Below the pieces are notes generated by a model. That model saw nothing but the letters and a program-made list of their open reading frames with translations, made no database searches and was not told the origin of the DNA. A stretch of DNA of 64,000 nt from Antedon mediterranea (Eukaryota; Animalia; Echinodermata). Of this stretch, positions 12,101 to 24,500 are shown one piece after another. Each line of letters begins with the position of its first letter. Within the stretch, counting starts at the first letter, position 1. The position numbers were made by a program, and so were the translations under genes. The DNA is taken from the NCBI RefSeq assembly GCF_964355755.1, contig NC_092679.1:22737432-22801431 (forward strand), written 5' to 3'.

Positions 12101-15100
12101 TCAGACAAACATCGAAATAAAAAAATAAAACAGACAATAATACAGACTTGGGGCAAGTCTAGCACACCAGCAATATTGAGACGTGATGAGATACACTATT
12201 ACATTCACGTACTCATATGACATCTGTCACTGATTACAAGCTGTTCCATTCGACTCCGCCTACGTACATTTGTTTTAAAGTTACTCTGTATTGTTTGGTT
12301 TTTAAACAGACAGTATAATAACAATTATTTAATTTTACAAGCTGTATATATTTACACTTACGATTTCAGCCGCGTAAAGTAAAATAACTTTATAAGCCTA
12401 TATACTTTATTCACGGGGAAAAGAATATTTTATACGTAGGCCTACATCTGATCCTGTTGGAAATAATCAAAAGTATGAAAATGTAGACAATTCTATACTT
12501 ATTAATTTCAACCACAACTGATAAATCAAAATTTCTATATTGTACAATGTGTGCTTACCTTGTTATATTTTTATTATATAATTTTTGTAGTTTGTACAGT
12601 TTCATGAATAACATATTTGTCTATGTATTTTTCAATTGTATATAATTTGTTGCATTAATTTAAACTATTTTGTTGGTATTATCTTTGGAAGGCGATGGTT
12701 AAGAAATGACAGTTGTTTTACCCGTTGCATTATTTCTTCTGCTCTGTATAACTATATTTGTTAATATGTACAAATCAACAGGCAAGTTACGGTACTGAGG
12801 AAAATGGAAATCATTGGTGTCTGTCGCCGGATCATCTCGAAGAGGTTTACAAATAAAATAAAATAAGCAAAACGATAATATCAAATTGATAAAGTAAAAA
12901 CAGTCATAAAGAAAGTGCCCAGAATAATTATCTCTCATTTAGTTAGTAGGCCTATGCAGAGATACAAATAAACTAAGTATAAAATACTAAATCAAAACGT
13001 AAATTAATACAGTCAGAAAGTGCAAAACTATCAGGGAATTTGTTATTATACAATGGAATAATAAATAAAATGGGCAAAAATCAAAACGGTAAATTAGGAC
13101 AGCGAGAAAGTGCCAATCCTTTGGAAAACACATTGTCATCAGGGCATTTGTTAGTTTTTGGACAGATTGAAACAAACATACAAAAAATGAATACATCTGT
13201 ATCAACATTACATATTATTGAACTGTTAATAAACCAAAACGTAATATTATCAGTGTATAGATAAACACAGATTTTATTAGGTATACTTTATCTGTTACCA
13301 CATATTACCCTTGAGGCACTCGTTGTTGAAACACTCAACTGATTCTGCAGTCAATATTGTTTACTAAAAGGTATTGTAATTCTGACAACCTTTTAATTGA
13401 CACTCATTGGCGTGACGTCAACCCTTTCGCTTCTTCAAACAAGAGTATATGGTATAAATATATTGTGTAAATTTACTCAGGTTATTAATAGTTTGACATT
13501 TAATTAGCAAAAAAAATTTATTACGGATTGAAAAAGAATACGTTGAGGTAAGGGGATCAATGTATATGGTTGCAAGTAAACTATGTTTCATATACGAACT
13601 GGAATATTGACAATAATGCGAACAAATAATAACGAATAATTAAAACGAATAATGTGTATTCTATGAAATTAAATATTGATTGCTAGTACATGATTACAAC
13701 TGATTGTTCTTTCCAATCAACTACTGTAGTCTGTTCTGTATATACAAAATGGCACAGATCTGTATAAAACTGTAGATTTTAGTGATTCTCCTCTGTGTAC
13801 TACGAATTCATCTTGATTTCATCACAGCCGATGGGTGTAGTGGGTTTTTTAAAAAGTTTTTTTTTGTGAACAGGAGAATTATGTTTCATATTTGAACAGT
13901 ATACGGCCTACGTTGGCCTATGTATAGAATTGCCCCAGTCGACGTTTTGTTTTTTGTCTAAGTAGTATACGTATGAAACGCCATATGTGCCAAAATATTT
14001 ATCTTTTACTAATGTTAAGCAAAACTCCGTCCGGAACCCAGACTCGACCATGTACAATGCCCGAGTATGAAAAAAGAAATTTATAAGAAGATCCCGATCC
14101 TATAGCATCATTCGTCAGTAGCCATGATTGATACATTTTGACCATTCGATAGTAAGCCCATTAGCCGTCACTATATTGGCAATTCGATTGTAAGCTTAAT
14201 TCTATAGGCCTATTCAGATAGGCTAGAATATTGGTAACATTATCTTGAAAAATCGAATTTGATTTTAGTTACGTTTTAATAATAGGACAACGTGTCAAAT
14301 GAAATGTTTCCAGGTGAACCATAAATAATTAGGCCTAGTTTGTAGATTCAACCATGGATTTCCTCCCGATAAAATAACAATTCAATCGCAAGTCTTTTTT
14401 AAACATTATCGAAGTGGAGTTACCATTCAATTTACCGATCTCGCATGAAATTTTTCCTAAAACTAAACCATACAGTAATGTAGTAATATAATTATAATAA
14501 CATCACTTAAGCGTTATTATTATACTTACCGGTTTTTAAAAATGAATATTTTGCATATTAAAGTTTGTCATTGTAATGGTTGTCTTTATTATGGACAACC
14601 GGATACTAAGACTTCATTATAGGCCTAGTACGATATAACTTGTAATCAACAATAACCATTTATATTAAATATGACAAACCCATTAAAACGACTCTTTGTT
14701 ACTGACTCATCCTCACTATAATTAACTGATTGATTACAACCATGATCATCTTTGATCTACTCTACGTAGATGAGCATCTTGTAAAAAAAGAAAAAAACAC
14801 GAGCGTATCAGACACTGATATTTCACAAGGAGAGAGAATGGGTTATGACCGCCAGATGACTAGTTCAAGAACCGGCCTAACCCAGATCTGCCTAACCACC
14901 CCCGCACATTCGTGTTAACATCTTCTAAGAGTTCTAGGGTATTGCTTGGAAACTGAAGAAGCCTAGTAAATGGTCTTAATTAGCCTTAATGACTCAATAT
15001 ATTAAACAGAAGCAAGGTATTCTGACAGTTTTTATGTCGTAAAGGTTTAAGATTCGTTGTTTAGAATATTCAGGATTTTCGATAAGCCCATTTTGTACTC

Positions 15101-18100
15101 ATTAAATCACTGTAAAATTCTTAGGAATTTATGATTATTAACCTTGTGATAAACAGTTCTTTAAGATATTCAATAATTCCTACAATAAAAGTAAAAACAG
15201 AGCAAAAAAGATGAGATACGAATTACGTCTCTTGTTTCAAATGTTGTCATCTGTTCAAGATTTCGACTAGTTCGATCGTTTTTTCCATAGTATTGTAGGT
15301 TTGTCACACCCAAGAAATAGTAAAATCTTCCCTGGTCACGTACATTTTGATTTTAAATAATGAAACAGAACGAGCCTAGAAATAAGCAGCAGAGAAGGAT
15401 CGACACTAAAAAAGGATTTATTTAAAAAACTATCTTCTCGTTAATTGTTTACTTAGGCCTACTCACTATCCAGTGAAGAAAGACAGGAACAAACTCGAAA
15501 TTTTCAGAATTTGCCTACAACTTTAACAAATATTGTTGTGGAACGTTTTTAAAGTTTTGTCGTTGTTGGTTGGTCTCATTCTGTTCAAAAGTGTTTTGCA
15601 TTTCGAATGACATTTTTTGGAAAGTTTAGCTGCTTATAGGTAATCCTAGATCAACAATTCTTTGTTGACAACAAAATACTACTGTACATATTTTGTAAAC
15701 ATTTCCAATTTAATTATGCTAAATAGATCATGAAATTGATCCTTTGCTAACTTAGAAAACAGATGTTCATAAGAGCTAAACAATAGATACCAAAATGGTA
15801 ACCTTTAAGAAGATTTGATTAAAAGCGTAATGTACTTTGTTTTCAGGCCTATACGATGTTTTTAGAGAAATAAATAGGCCTGCAGTATTAAGTTAAAAGG
15901 TTACATCTTCCCATTAACAGGCCTAGTTTCGGTGTCATTGCAATTCTTCTTCTTTAAATAATGTTCAAATGACACAAAATTGATAAAAAAAAAATTTAAT
16001 TTTTTTTTAAAGTTACCAAATCTTAAAATTTAACTAATAAGAGTAAAAAGTGACAATAAAAAGTATATATTTATTTATAAAAAGCAATAAAGTAACAATG
16101 AGTTTTTAAGGCACGCGAGGTTCCTAACGTGAAGAGGAAAAGCATTCCAAAGTAGGCCTACTGCTTTCTATCCACTGAAAGATACAGGCGAAAATAATTA
16201 ATAGGCCTATCGTAGAAAAAGATTACCTAATTTACAGAAGTCTTCATTTTATTGTTAAGTATAGTGTTACCACCTACGCGTTCTAGATTACAGGTAAAAC
16301 GATACCGTTACCATACGGCTGGCCTAAAAAGACAACGTTTAATTAATAAAGAGTGTTTCAAAAGATAGTATCTAACAATCATTTAATGAAAGTATTGGAA
16401 TTCTGTTTTTGTCTTCTTTGATTATTCATTAACGTCATGAGGTCTTGGCCTGGCTTGAAAAAAAAAAACTCAAGCTTAAAGATCTATAATCTTAAAGATG
16501 TATTGCAAAAAATATTTCTTTTTTCTGAATATGCCGTTTTAATGTCACATAATATTACATCTAGGTCTAGGCCCTATAGTTATCCATTTTGACCAAAAAT
16601 TTGATAGAAAAACATTAATGTATTTACCTGGAGAAACTGTAATTTAAAGTAAAAAATAGTCAAATTGGTTGCCAGCCAGTGGGGTTTTGGTTGAATTTAA
16701 CCATTTTTTTTTGCATTCTATAAGTGAAAAAATTGTTTTAACATTTTTTTTCTACGAAAGTGATTAACTTTATTAAAACTACAAAATAACCTATCCAAAA
16801 TCTGATTTACTTAATCTTCATTTTTCCGGGGGAAAACACATCTTTAAGTAAACAATATCTAACACCTAACGGTGACATAATTAGAAACAGTTAACAATTA
16901 TTGATTGTGACAAATGAAATCACAAGCACGCTATAGCAAGCAAACTGACAGAATGCAATTTAGCACCTATTACGACTGGTTATGAATAATTTCAAGGCAA
17001 AATGTAATTGTGTCACTTTAACGTCAATTCATACCTTTTCATTTAGGAATTACATCGACGACAAACATCCAATAAATGTGATTTATTTGTAATTATAATC
17101 AACTGATTGGTTTTTCTCGTGACATAATGTAATTATTGTAGTATTAAAAGATGGCAAGTTATAATGAAATTATAACAATGTACATTTAACATTACATTTA
17201 ATTTTCGCGAAAATAATACACTCGCAAAGTTATAAGGCTACATACCAATACGTTTGTTAATCCAAGATAAATATAGCAATAGTAATTTGACATTGAATGG
17301 AAAACAGGGGTCAATAAAATAAATAACTTGATAAAAGATAATTTTTGCAAATTTCCATTGTTTGATTATTTTGAATAATAAGTTTGATATGTTGTCTCTT
17401 TGTTTTATTTAGAACTTTTACTACATTACTGTCAAGTCTATTTTCTACATGGTAGGCCTAACTTATTTTTACCAAAATCAACAGCTTTCCAATAAGTATA
17501 AATACGAATAAATGACCATGGAGTAATAATACATTAATTCCTATAATTTCCTCTAACGGATGGTTGAATTCTACTAGTGACCATGAGTTACATAACATGT
17601 GGCTACATCCTCCTTTGTCGAGTGTTTGTGTTGGAAATGTAGGCCTATTCTCAAAATATTATCTGTAGGCCTAAGCCTATTAGTTGCCGAATCTTAATAT
17701 CAATTGATGACGATGAATAATAATCTAATGATGATGAATATTGATGTGATGACGATGAATATTGATGTGATGACGATTAATTTTGATGTGATGACGATTA
17801 ATATTGATGTGATGACAATAAATATTAATATGATGACGATGAATATTGATGTAATGACGAATAATGTTAATGTAATAAATATAAATAGCTCAATTTAAAT
17901 GTATAGAAGACAATAATAATTAGAAAAAACACATCAAGGAAAAAAGTTTTGTTACTGGTCATTGAAAGAAGAGAGGAACAAACTTTTTTCTGCAGTAGTT
18001 AAAATATACCATCTTTAGGCGGCATATCAAACAATAAAATATACGGTACACTTTTACCTTTCTAATTACAATCTATATATATTATCTTACCATTATAATT

Positions 18101-18718
18101 ACTATATTATTTCTGAAGAAAAGCAGCAGTATTTATTTCATAACACTGAAATTACTCAAGACAATGAAGGAGTTTTCTATCGGGAAATTACAACTAAAAC
18201 GAAACCCTTTATTCCAAAGTTAAAATACACATCATTGGGCATATCACCAATAACAATTGTCCTGTAAAAGTTTATAATTTGCAATGTACTAACTTAAAAA
18301 TAGTTGTTAGTAAAGCAATGTACTAACTTACCAATAGTTGTTAGTAAAGCAATGTACTAACTTACCAATAGTTGTTAGTAAAGCAATGTACTAACTTACC
18401 AATAGTTGTTAGTAAAGTTGTACTGAAGAAAAGAGAAGACCAAAAGTCCCAATTAGTATATTTTGTTCCGTTCAATTTCCATGATATTCCGTAATCATTC
18501 GCAACAATAACTTCTTCTATTAGGCTTTCCAGGCTACCAAGATTAACACAACTGTTCTCATCAAGAAAATCCTGAGTTAGCTGCCGAATATCGTCTTTTA
18601 AGTTATCCTCGTGCGGTTCCTCAATTGTGGAAAACACCGTGGCTCCAATACATAGATAGATGATGTAGAACACAGAAAAGAAGAAACATCTCAGAGCAAT
18701 TGAACGTGTTTTAGCCAT
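9128..18718 (-). CDS. Two-pore-domain K+ channel, TWIK (KCNK1/KCNK6)-like; exons 18718-18400, 10133-9975, 9382-9128; last (TM4) exon not found in window
   Basis: TM1 YLCIGATVFSTIE, cap Cys (ENSCV), P1 WDFWSSLFFSTTLLTTIG|YGHASPLS across a phase-1 intron, P2 DSFYFIFISTTTVGLGDFVPG (GLG is typical of TWIK). GT-AG junctions keep frame. Confidence 0.93.
10262..10557 (-). mobile_element. Decayed tRNA-derived SINE (CORE-like centre, L2-like tail)
   Basis: Minus strand: GGCGCGTGTGGCGCAGTCTG (A-box-like), GGTTCGAATCC (B box), CCAGGTGTATAAATGGGAAACCGG, and GCGCTATATAAATCCAG followed by (TAT)n. Confidence 0.7.
11290..14045. repeat. Three copies of a local dispersed repeat in KCNK intron 1 (about 11290-11465 forward, 11965-12162 forward with fold-back, 13935-14045 inverted)
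   Basis: Shared GGAGTTTT..CTTAATATT.GTAAAAAGATAAATAT.TTGGCA; its reverse complement lies at 13960-14030. Confidence 0.8.
16496..16843. mobile_element. Non-autonomous TTAA-flanked DNA element (Kolobok-like MITE)
   Basis: TTAA|AGATGTATTG ... AACACATCT|TTAA. Confidence 0.5.
17706..17862. repeat. 21-bp minisatellite (GATGACGATGAATATTGATGT)n
   Basis: About 7 degenerate copies. Confidence 0.9.
18281..18416. repeat. 34-bp tandem repeat x4 spanning the KCNK exon 1 splice donor
   Basis: GCAATGTACTAACTTACCAATAGTTGTTAGTAAA at 18281 (variant), 18315, 18349 and 18383. Confidence 0.95.
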
Positions 18719-19631
18719 GTTAACCGAACAATCATTCTAATTTGGTTTCCGTCGAGCACAGCAAGGTTTACAGAAGAATATTTTCCATTAAAGTATTGCG
18801 GAAATGATACTTTCTCAATAGTGTAGGCCTAGAGCATCCAGGGTAGCGTAAACGAATGATTTCACCACAATTGACTCTTATTGCTTTAGAGCATTAGTAG
18901 GAAATATACAAATCAAAACAGTTGGTAGATCACAATAGCGTACCAATTTGAAAGGAAAAAAATATACTGCACAGCGGTTATGGTATTAGTAAAAAATAGC
19001 TACAAGTAGCAACCCAATTATTACGTTGGTGGTGGAATTAGGTAGAGTTTAATAGCGGCTGTGGTAGTAGAGACTTAGCAATAGAAATGCTATACTTAGA
19101 TAGTATGCCTGTCTACTTGTAGTGCAATAGTGACAGTAGCTGAAATCACTGTAGTACTATGCACGAACTAACAACCAATTGGTTCAAAATGTTAACAAAT
19201 AGACCGGGGGATATAAACAAACATTGCCAACGCACAAAAAACAAAAACGGCTAGCTGTCTATCTATCCACGCAACATCTGTTTCTCCTCTGAAGGTTACA
19301 ACAAAGCATACGTTCGCTTGATAGAGAAGTTCACTAATGAGCAATGAACAGACAACGCTGCACTAATTAAACTCGTTGAGTTTGGCAGCAGAACACTCGC
19401 AACGTCATCATTGCGTAGGTGGAATAACGGCTTCTTAAAAATAAAAGAGATATAAAACGCGGTTTTCTTAAAGGAGGGATAGGATTGAATTGTCTAAACA
19501 CATTAGTGATATTGTCCATTTTGAGTTTATATAACCATGAATTTGGAAACAGGCCATTATAATTATCTTAGTCGTTGTGTATGTAACTACTAATGTAATT
19601 ACATTTATTATTGTGATGAATGTTGTTCATT

Positions 19632-20392
19632 TACCGTAATTATAGAATACTAAACGCCTCCTTTGAATAAACGCCATCGAGTGTTGTGAATAAACGCCAC
19701 CTAGTGTTGCGAATCAACGCCGCCCAGTGTTACGAATAAACTCCACCCAGTGTTGAGAATAAACGCCGACCAGTGTTGTTACGAATAAACTCCACCCTGT
19801 GTTGAGAATAAACGCCGCCCAGTGTTACGAATAAACGCCACCTAGTGTTGAGAATAAACGCCGACCAGTGTTGGGAATAAACTCCACCCAGTGTTGTGAA
19901 TAAACGCCACCTAGTGTTGAGAATAAACGCCACCTAGTGTTGCGAATAAACTCCACCCAGTGTTGTGAATAAACGCCGAGTACCAGTGTTACGAATAAAC
20001 GCCACCTAGTGTTGAGAATAAACGCCGACCAGTGTTACGAATAAACTCCACCCAGTGTTGAGAATAAACGCCGACCAGTGTTACGAATAAACGCCACCTA
20101 GTGTTGAGAATAAACGCCGACCAGTGTCGCGAATAAACGCCGACCAGTGTTGAGAATAAACGCCGACCAGTGTTGAGAATAAACGCCGACCAGTGTTGAG
20201 AATAAACGCCGACCAGTGTTGAGAATAAACGCCGACCAGTGTTACGAATAAACGCCACCTAGTGTCGCGAATAAACGCCACCTAGTGTTACGAATAAACG
20301 CCACCCAGTGTTGCGAATAAACGCCGCCCAGTGTTGTTACGAATAAACGCCGACCAGTGTTGAGAATAAACGCCGACCAGTGTCGCGAATAA
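19632..20392. repeat. 23-bp minisatellite (GAATAAACGCCGACCAGTGTTGA)n, about 30 copies, possibly grown from a MITE subterminal repeat
   Basis: Contiguous 23/26-bp units preceded by TACCGTAAT...TAAACGCC. Confidence 0.9.
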
Positions 20393-21586
20393 AAAGTACG
20401 CCAAACTTTACGTAGATTAATGCTTTCAATCATTATAACTTGATTAAATGGTCCAAAGTACAAAGTGAGTGTTTCTGACAAAATATTAAAAACAACGACG
20501 GTGGTTGTAAAAAAAGTGCCCAAATACCGTAGGCCTATTAGCTCCACTACACTGTTCGAATAATATGCAACTAAAATGAAAGATTGCCAAACGCATATGA
20601 CAAAACAACAATATCACAAAATCATAATTTGATCAAATTAGGTGTAAATACTAATTAATATTGTCAAAGTATACGAAAATTTTGAAATGTATTACCTAAG
20701 GTGATTTAACACTGGCTAATAATAGTAATAATAACCTCTCAAGGGACTAGTAGATCTATAGTTACTTCTGCTGGACAATAGTACAGAAAGCACTTTAGAG
20801 AGATTCATTACGTCTAATTACAACTTGTTACGCAGTGTCTTCCTACGCGTTAAGACTAGCGTGTGATCGAATAAACGCCGCAGTCAATTAGGCTCCGCTA
20901 GAGTTAGAGCAATACCAAATAAAATGTAAACATAGAGAGTCCCATGTGCTTTATTTTATACTACAATTATAAGATGTCCAAAAACATCACCCGACTATAA
21001 TGATGTGAATCCAAACATTTGTTTTGATATTCAGTATTTTATTTACGGCACACTTGTAAACAATACAAAATATTTTTTAATATAATATAATAATTAAACA
21101 TACACTAATCTTGCAAGAAGACATACTTGTTACGCAAGACCCGCCCTAAACGAAAAAAAAAAAATAATAATGCAGGGTAGGGTTTTGGTTACAGTTAGGA
21201 GGTTATTAAAAAGCCAGTTGTTGATCGATAGAGGGCAGAATTCATATTTTTCTTTATAATATTTTTTTCTTCAAATTTATTTTTTGTAGTAAGAGTAAAC
21301 TGCAATTTTTATATACCCTTCCAAATGCTTTTTCAGCACGACTTATACAATTACATGTGTTTTATTTTTTTAACACGTTATTACAGTTAGTCGTTTCCAA
21401 AGTTTGATAGGGTTAAAATAAAGAGGGCGTTCGTGAGCCTTGAATCTCGAGCGAACAGGTTGTAGGTCAAAGTTAACGTTATTAATCCTCACATGAGTCG
21501 TTTAGTCGGTCACACGTCTCGTGAAGGACAGGGCTGAGCCTAACAATAAACTGTTGCAACTTAGAGAGATGAATTGAAAAACAAAT

Positions 21587-24500
21587 ATGCATGATGCATA
21601 TGAAGCTCAGCCTATTCTTGAAAAACTTCCTCTACAAATAGAGTCGATTGCTTCTCATGGTAAGCACGTTTGCAATGTTTTTCTAGTCTTGCACCAGAGC
21701 TGGCTAGGCCTAGCTAGCTAGTGTAGCCTAACCTAGGCCTAGGCCCAGTATAACCGATTGTTTTCAATTTGCAAGGTCGAGATCAAAGGCAGAAAAAGGC
21801 AAATCGTAGGCCTAGGCTAGGCAAATAGTAGGCCTAGGCATAGTAATACTGTATTGACGTTGCCTATCTAGACGAATCCTTGGTATTTTGACAGATGTAT
21901 GACATATAGGCAAGGCCTACTAGCTAGGCTAGGATGTTTTAAATAAATTAAATAAATGTTTGAAATAAATAAGCCTAGGTAGCTAGCTAGGCCGCTAATT
22001 AATATTAAATATAAAGTATAATTGTTATAACAATAGTATTTATAATTACCTCTGTAATACAAACATTAAAGTGAAACATTTAAGTAAAGGGAATAGGCCT
22101 AGGCCTACCTAGTTTTCATAGATTAGTAGTCATGAAAAAATGATTTTTTATCATGTAAAAAGTGAATGTGAAAAGAATTTTTTTTTTTTTTCAGGTGATC
22201 AATTGCTTGTAGGGACGAAACCAGGTCATCTTCTTGTATACACTGTAACTGGATCAAACGCAAGTATGTGAAACAGGACTTCATTAAGCAAAATGGAAAT
22301 GAATCCAACAATAATTTATTTTATTTTTACTTTAAAAAAGAAGTTCTGATTTTATCTGATTTTGTAGGGAATTCTATAAAAAGGTTAAAGGTTAAAGGGG
22401 GCGGATATAGCGGGGTAGTATTTGGGGTGTGCATGCTTTTTTTGACAGGTGAAATTAAATTTCCGTTTGATATCTATTTTTTAAACAGAACTATATATGT
22501 TAGGGCTCCCCACGTTTAAAAAATCCTATATCTCGGAGCCGTGATTCTGACCCCATGAATGAATTTCAAATAAACTTACAGTGGTACCTGTATTTTTATC
22601 AAGTATCATGATGATCTAAAACTTAGTTTGTTGAGAAGTTTGATGAGTAATGGAGAGATAATTACGCGGTGAGTCAAGGTCAGCTGTGAATCACACTTCA
22701 GGTCACAGTTTAACTGATGATCAATACATTGTATGTGAATGTTCTGAGTTGAGGTCATTGCATGAGTAACCCCCGCCCATCATTATTGAGCATATCTACA
22801 TTATTCTTTATAAATTTGTCATTTCATTTTGCTTTCTCTGTAGGTGGTCAAAATGTAAAAGTCAATCTTTTGCGGTCCAACAAGTCTTTCTCCAAGCGGC
22901 CAATCCAACAGCTAGCATGTATTCCAGAGCAACAGATCCTTGTCAGTTTGTCAGGTAATATTATACACCGCACTTTCTAATTCACAGCATTTGATTGGTT
23001 TAAAAAAAAACTCACCATGGCTAATATATTTTTAACTATTTCCTACTACTGCTGAATATTCTTTTTTATTTATTTTTTATTTTATTTAAAAATTTTTAGA
23101 TTTCCCCTCCCTCGGTCAATATTTGTATTGCTATTTTATTAGCAGTGATATTGATTCATTTCTTTTTAAAATCTCTTTGGCAAAAAGAATGTATAATGTA
23201 AAGCATAATGAAAACAAAACATTGTGATTCGTTTATTTTAGCCGGACTGGATCAGGTGTAAAAGATACTTAATTTGTTGTTTGTTTTTCAGATGCTTTGA
23301 TCAGTGTTCACGACCTAGCACTCTTCACATTAATATGCACCATCAACAAAACAAGAGGAGCAACACTGTTTTCAGTTGACCTCAAGGTCAGTCTAAAGCC
23401 TTGATCGCACTAATTTGGTAAAATTTCCCGAGTCGCTGGCTAAAGTGATCAAGAAAGTATAATCCGAAAACTGGCTACAATTCCCTTTGCGTTAAATTAA
23501 CCTAGTTCAATGGTTTTAACTTTTACCGACCACTGCCTGCCCAGTAAAACTTACCTTAAAACTAAAAACGCTGGCTAAAAAGTCCAATCCAAACATGAGA
23601 CTCGGGTTAAAACACATTTAGTATATCATGTAAAATAGACAAATTACATGATTCATTAAACTAAAAAAATGATAATTAAAAAATATAATATGTTGTATGT
23701 AGTACAAAAAAGTACCCCCACCTCCCTTCCTCTCCACCATTTTTTTTTTGTGCAGGCTATCCAATCAACTCTTGTATTTTACAGAAAGAGACGTCTACCA
23801 CAGGGCATATAGAATACAACCTTAGACTGTGTGTTGCAGTGAAGAGAAAGCTACAGCTGTACTATTGGAAGAACCGCAACTTTAATGAACTTAGGGTAAG
23901 AAAATGTGGGCAACTAATAAATCGTCAATCGTTCGATTTATTTAGGAACATTAACAGATTCCTTAAATCAACGTAAATAAATTTAATTTTTAAATAAATC
24001 AGTTATGTCCTATGATCATAAAATAAATTTCTAAATTTAAATTTTCTTCCGATTCATATAATACATGTAAGTTAATATGCAACATGTTCTGTCCACAGAC
24101 TGAGCTGGGTATTCCCGATGTCCCCAAGGCCATGTCATGGTGCAAAGAGTCTCTCTGTGTTGGACTAAAAAGGGACTATTTTCTTATAAATGTAAGTAGA
24201 ACAAGATTCAATTAAAACAGTAAAAAAAAATAAAATAGTGAAAATTAGACCATATTATGATGTTTACTATGAAGTTATATTTTTGAAGACAAATGTCTTT
24301 TTCTATTTTTGTGCCCAAATTACCTGGCTGAATCGAAAATGGCCCTTACTCTCCTGAGTGTTAACATAGGAAAAATAATTCCTTGAACATACCTCTGTGA
24401 TAATGGACTAGTCTGACAAAGTATTAGTTATATAGAATCAAACTCTGAAATTGTTTTTTTTTAAACACAGATACCATCATAATTTGTTGTTCTTAATTTC

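Noticed and set aside
17704-17898. Met/Asn-rich ORF
   Set aside because: Translation of a 21-bp minisatellite.
19632-20392. CRISPR-like array or repeat-protein ORFs
   Set aside because: Variable parts are a few reused bases, not spacers; the ORFs are by-products of a 23-bp period.
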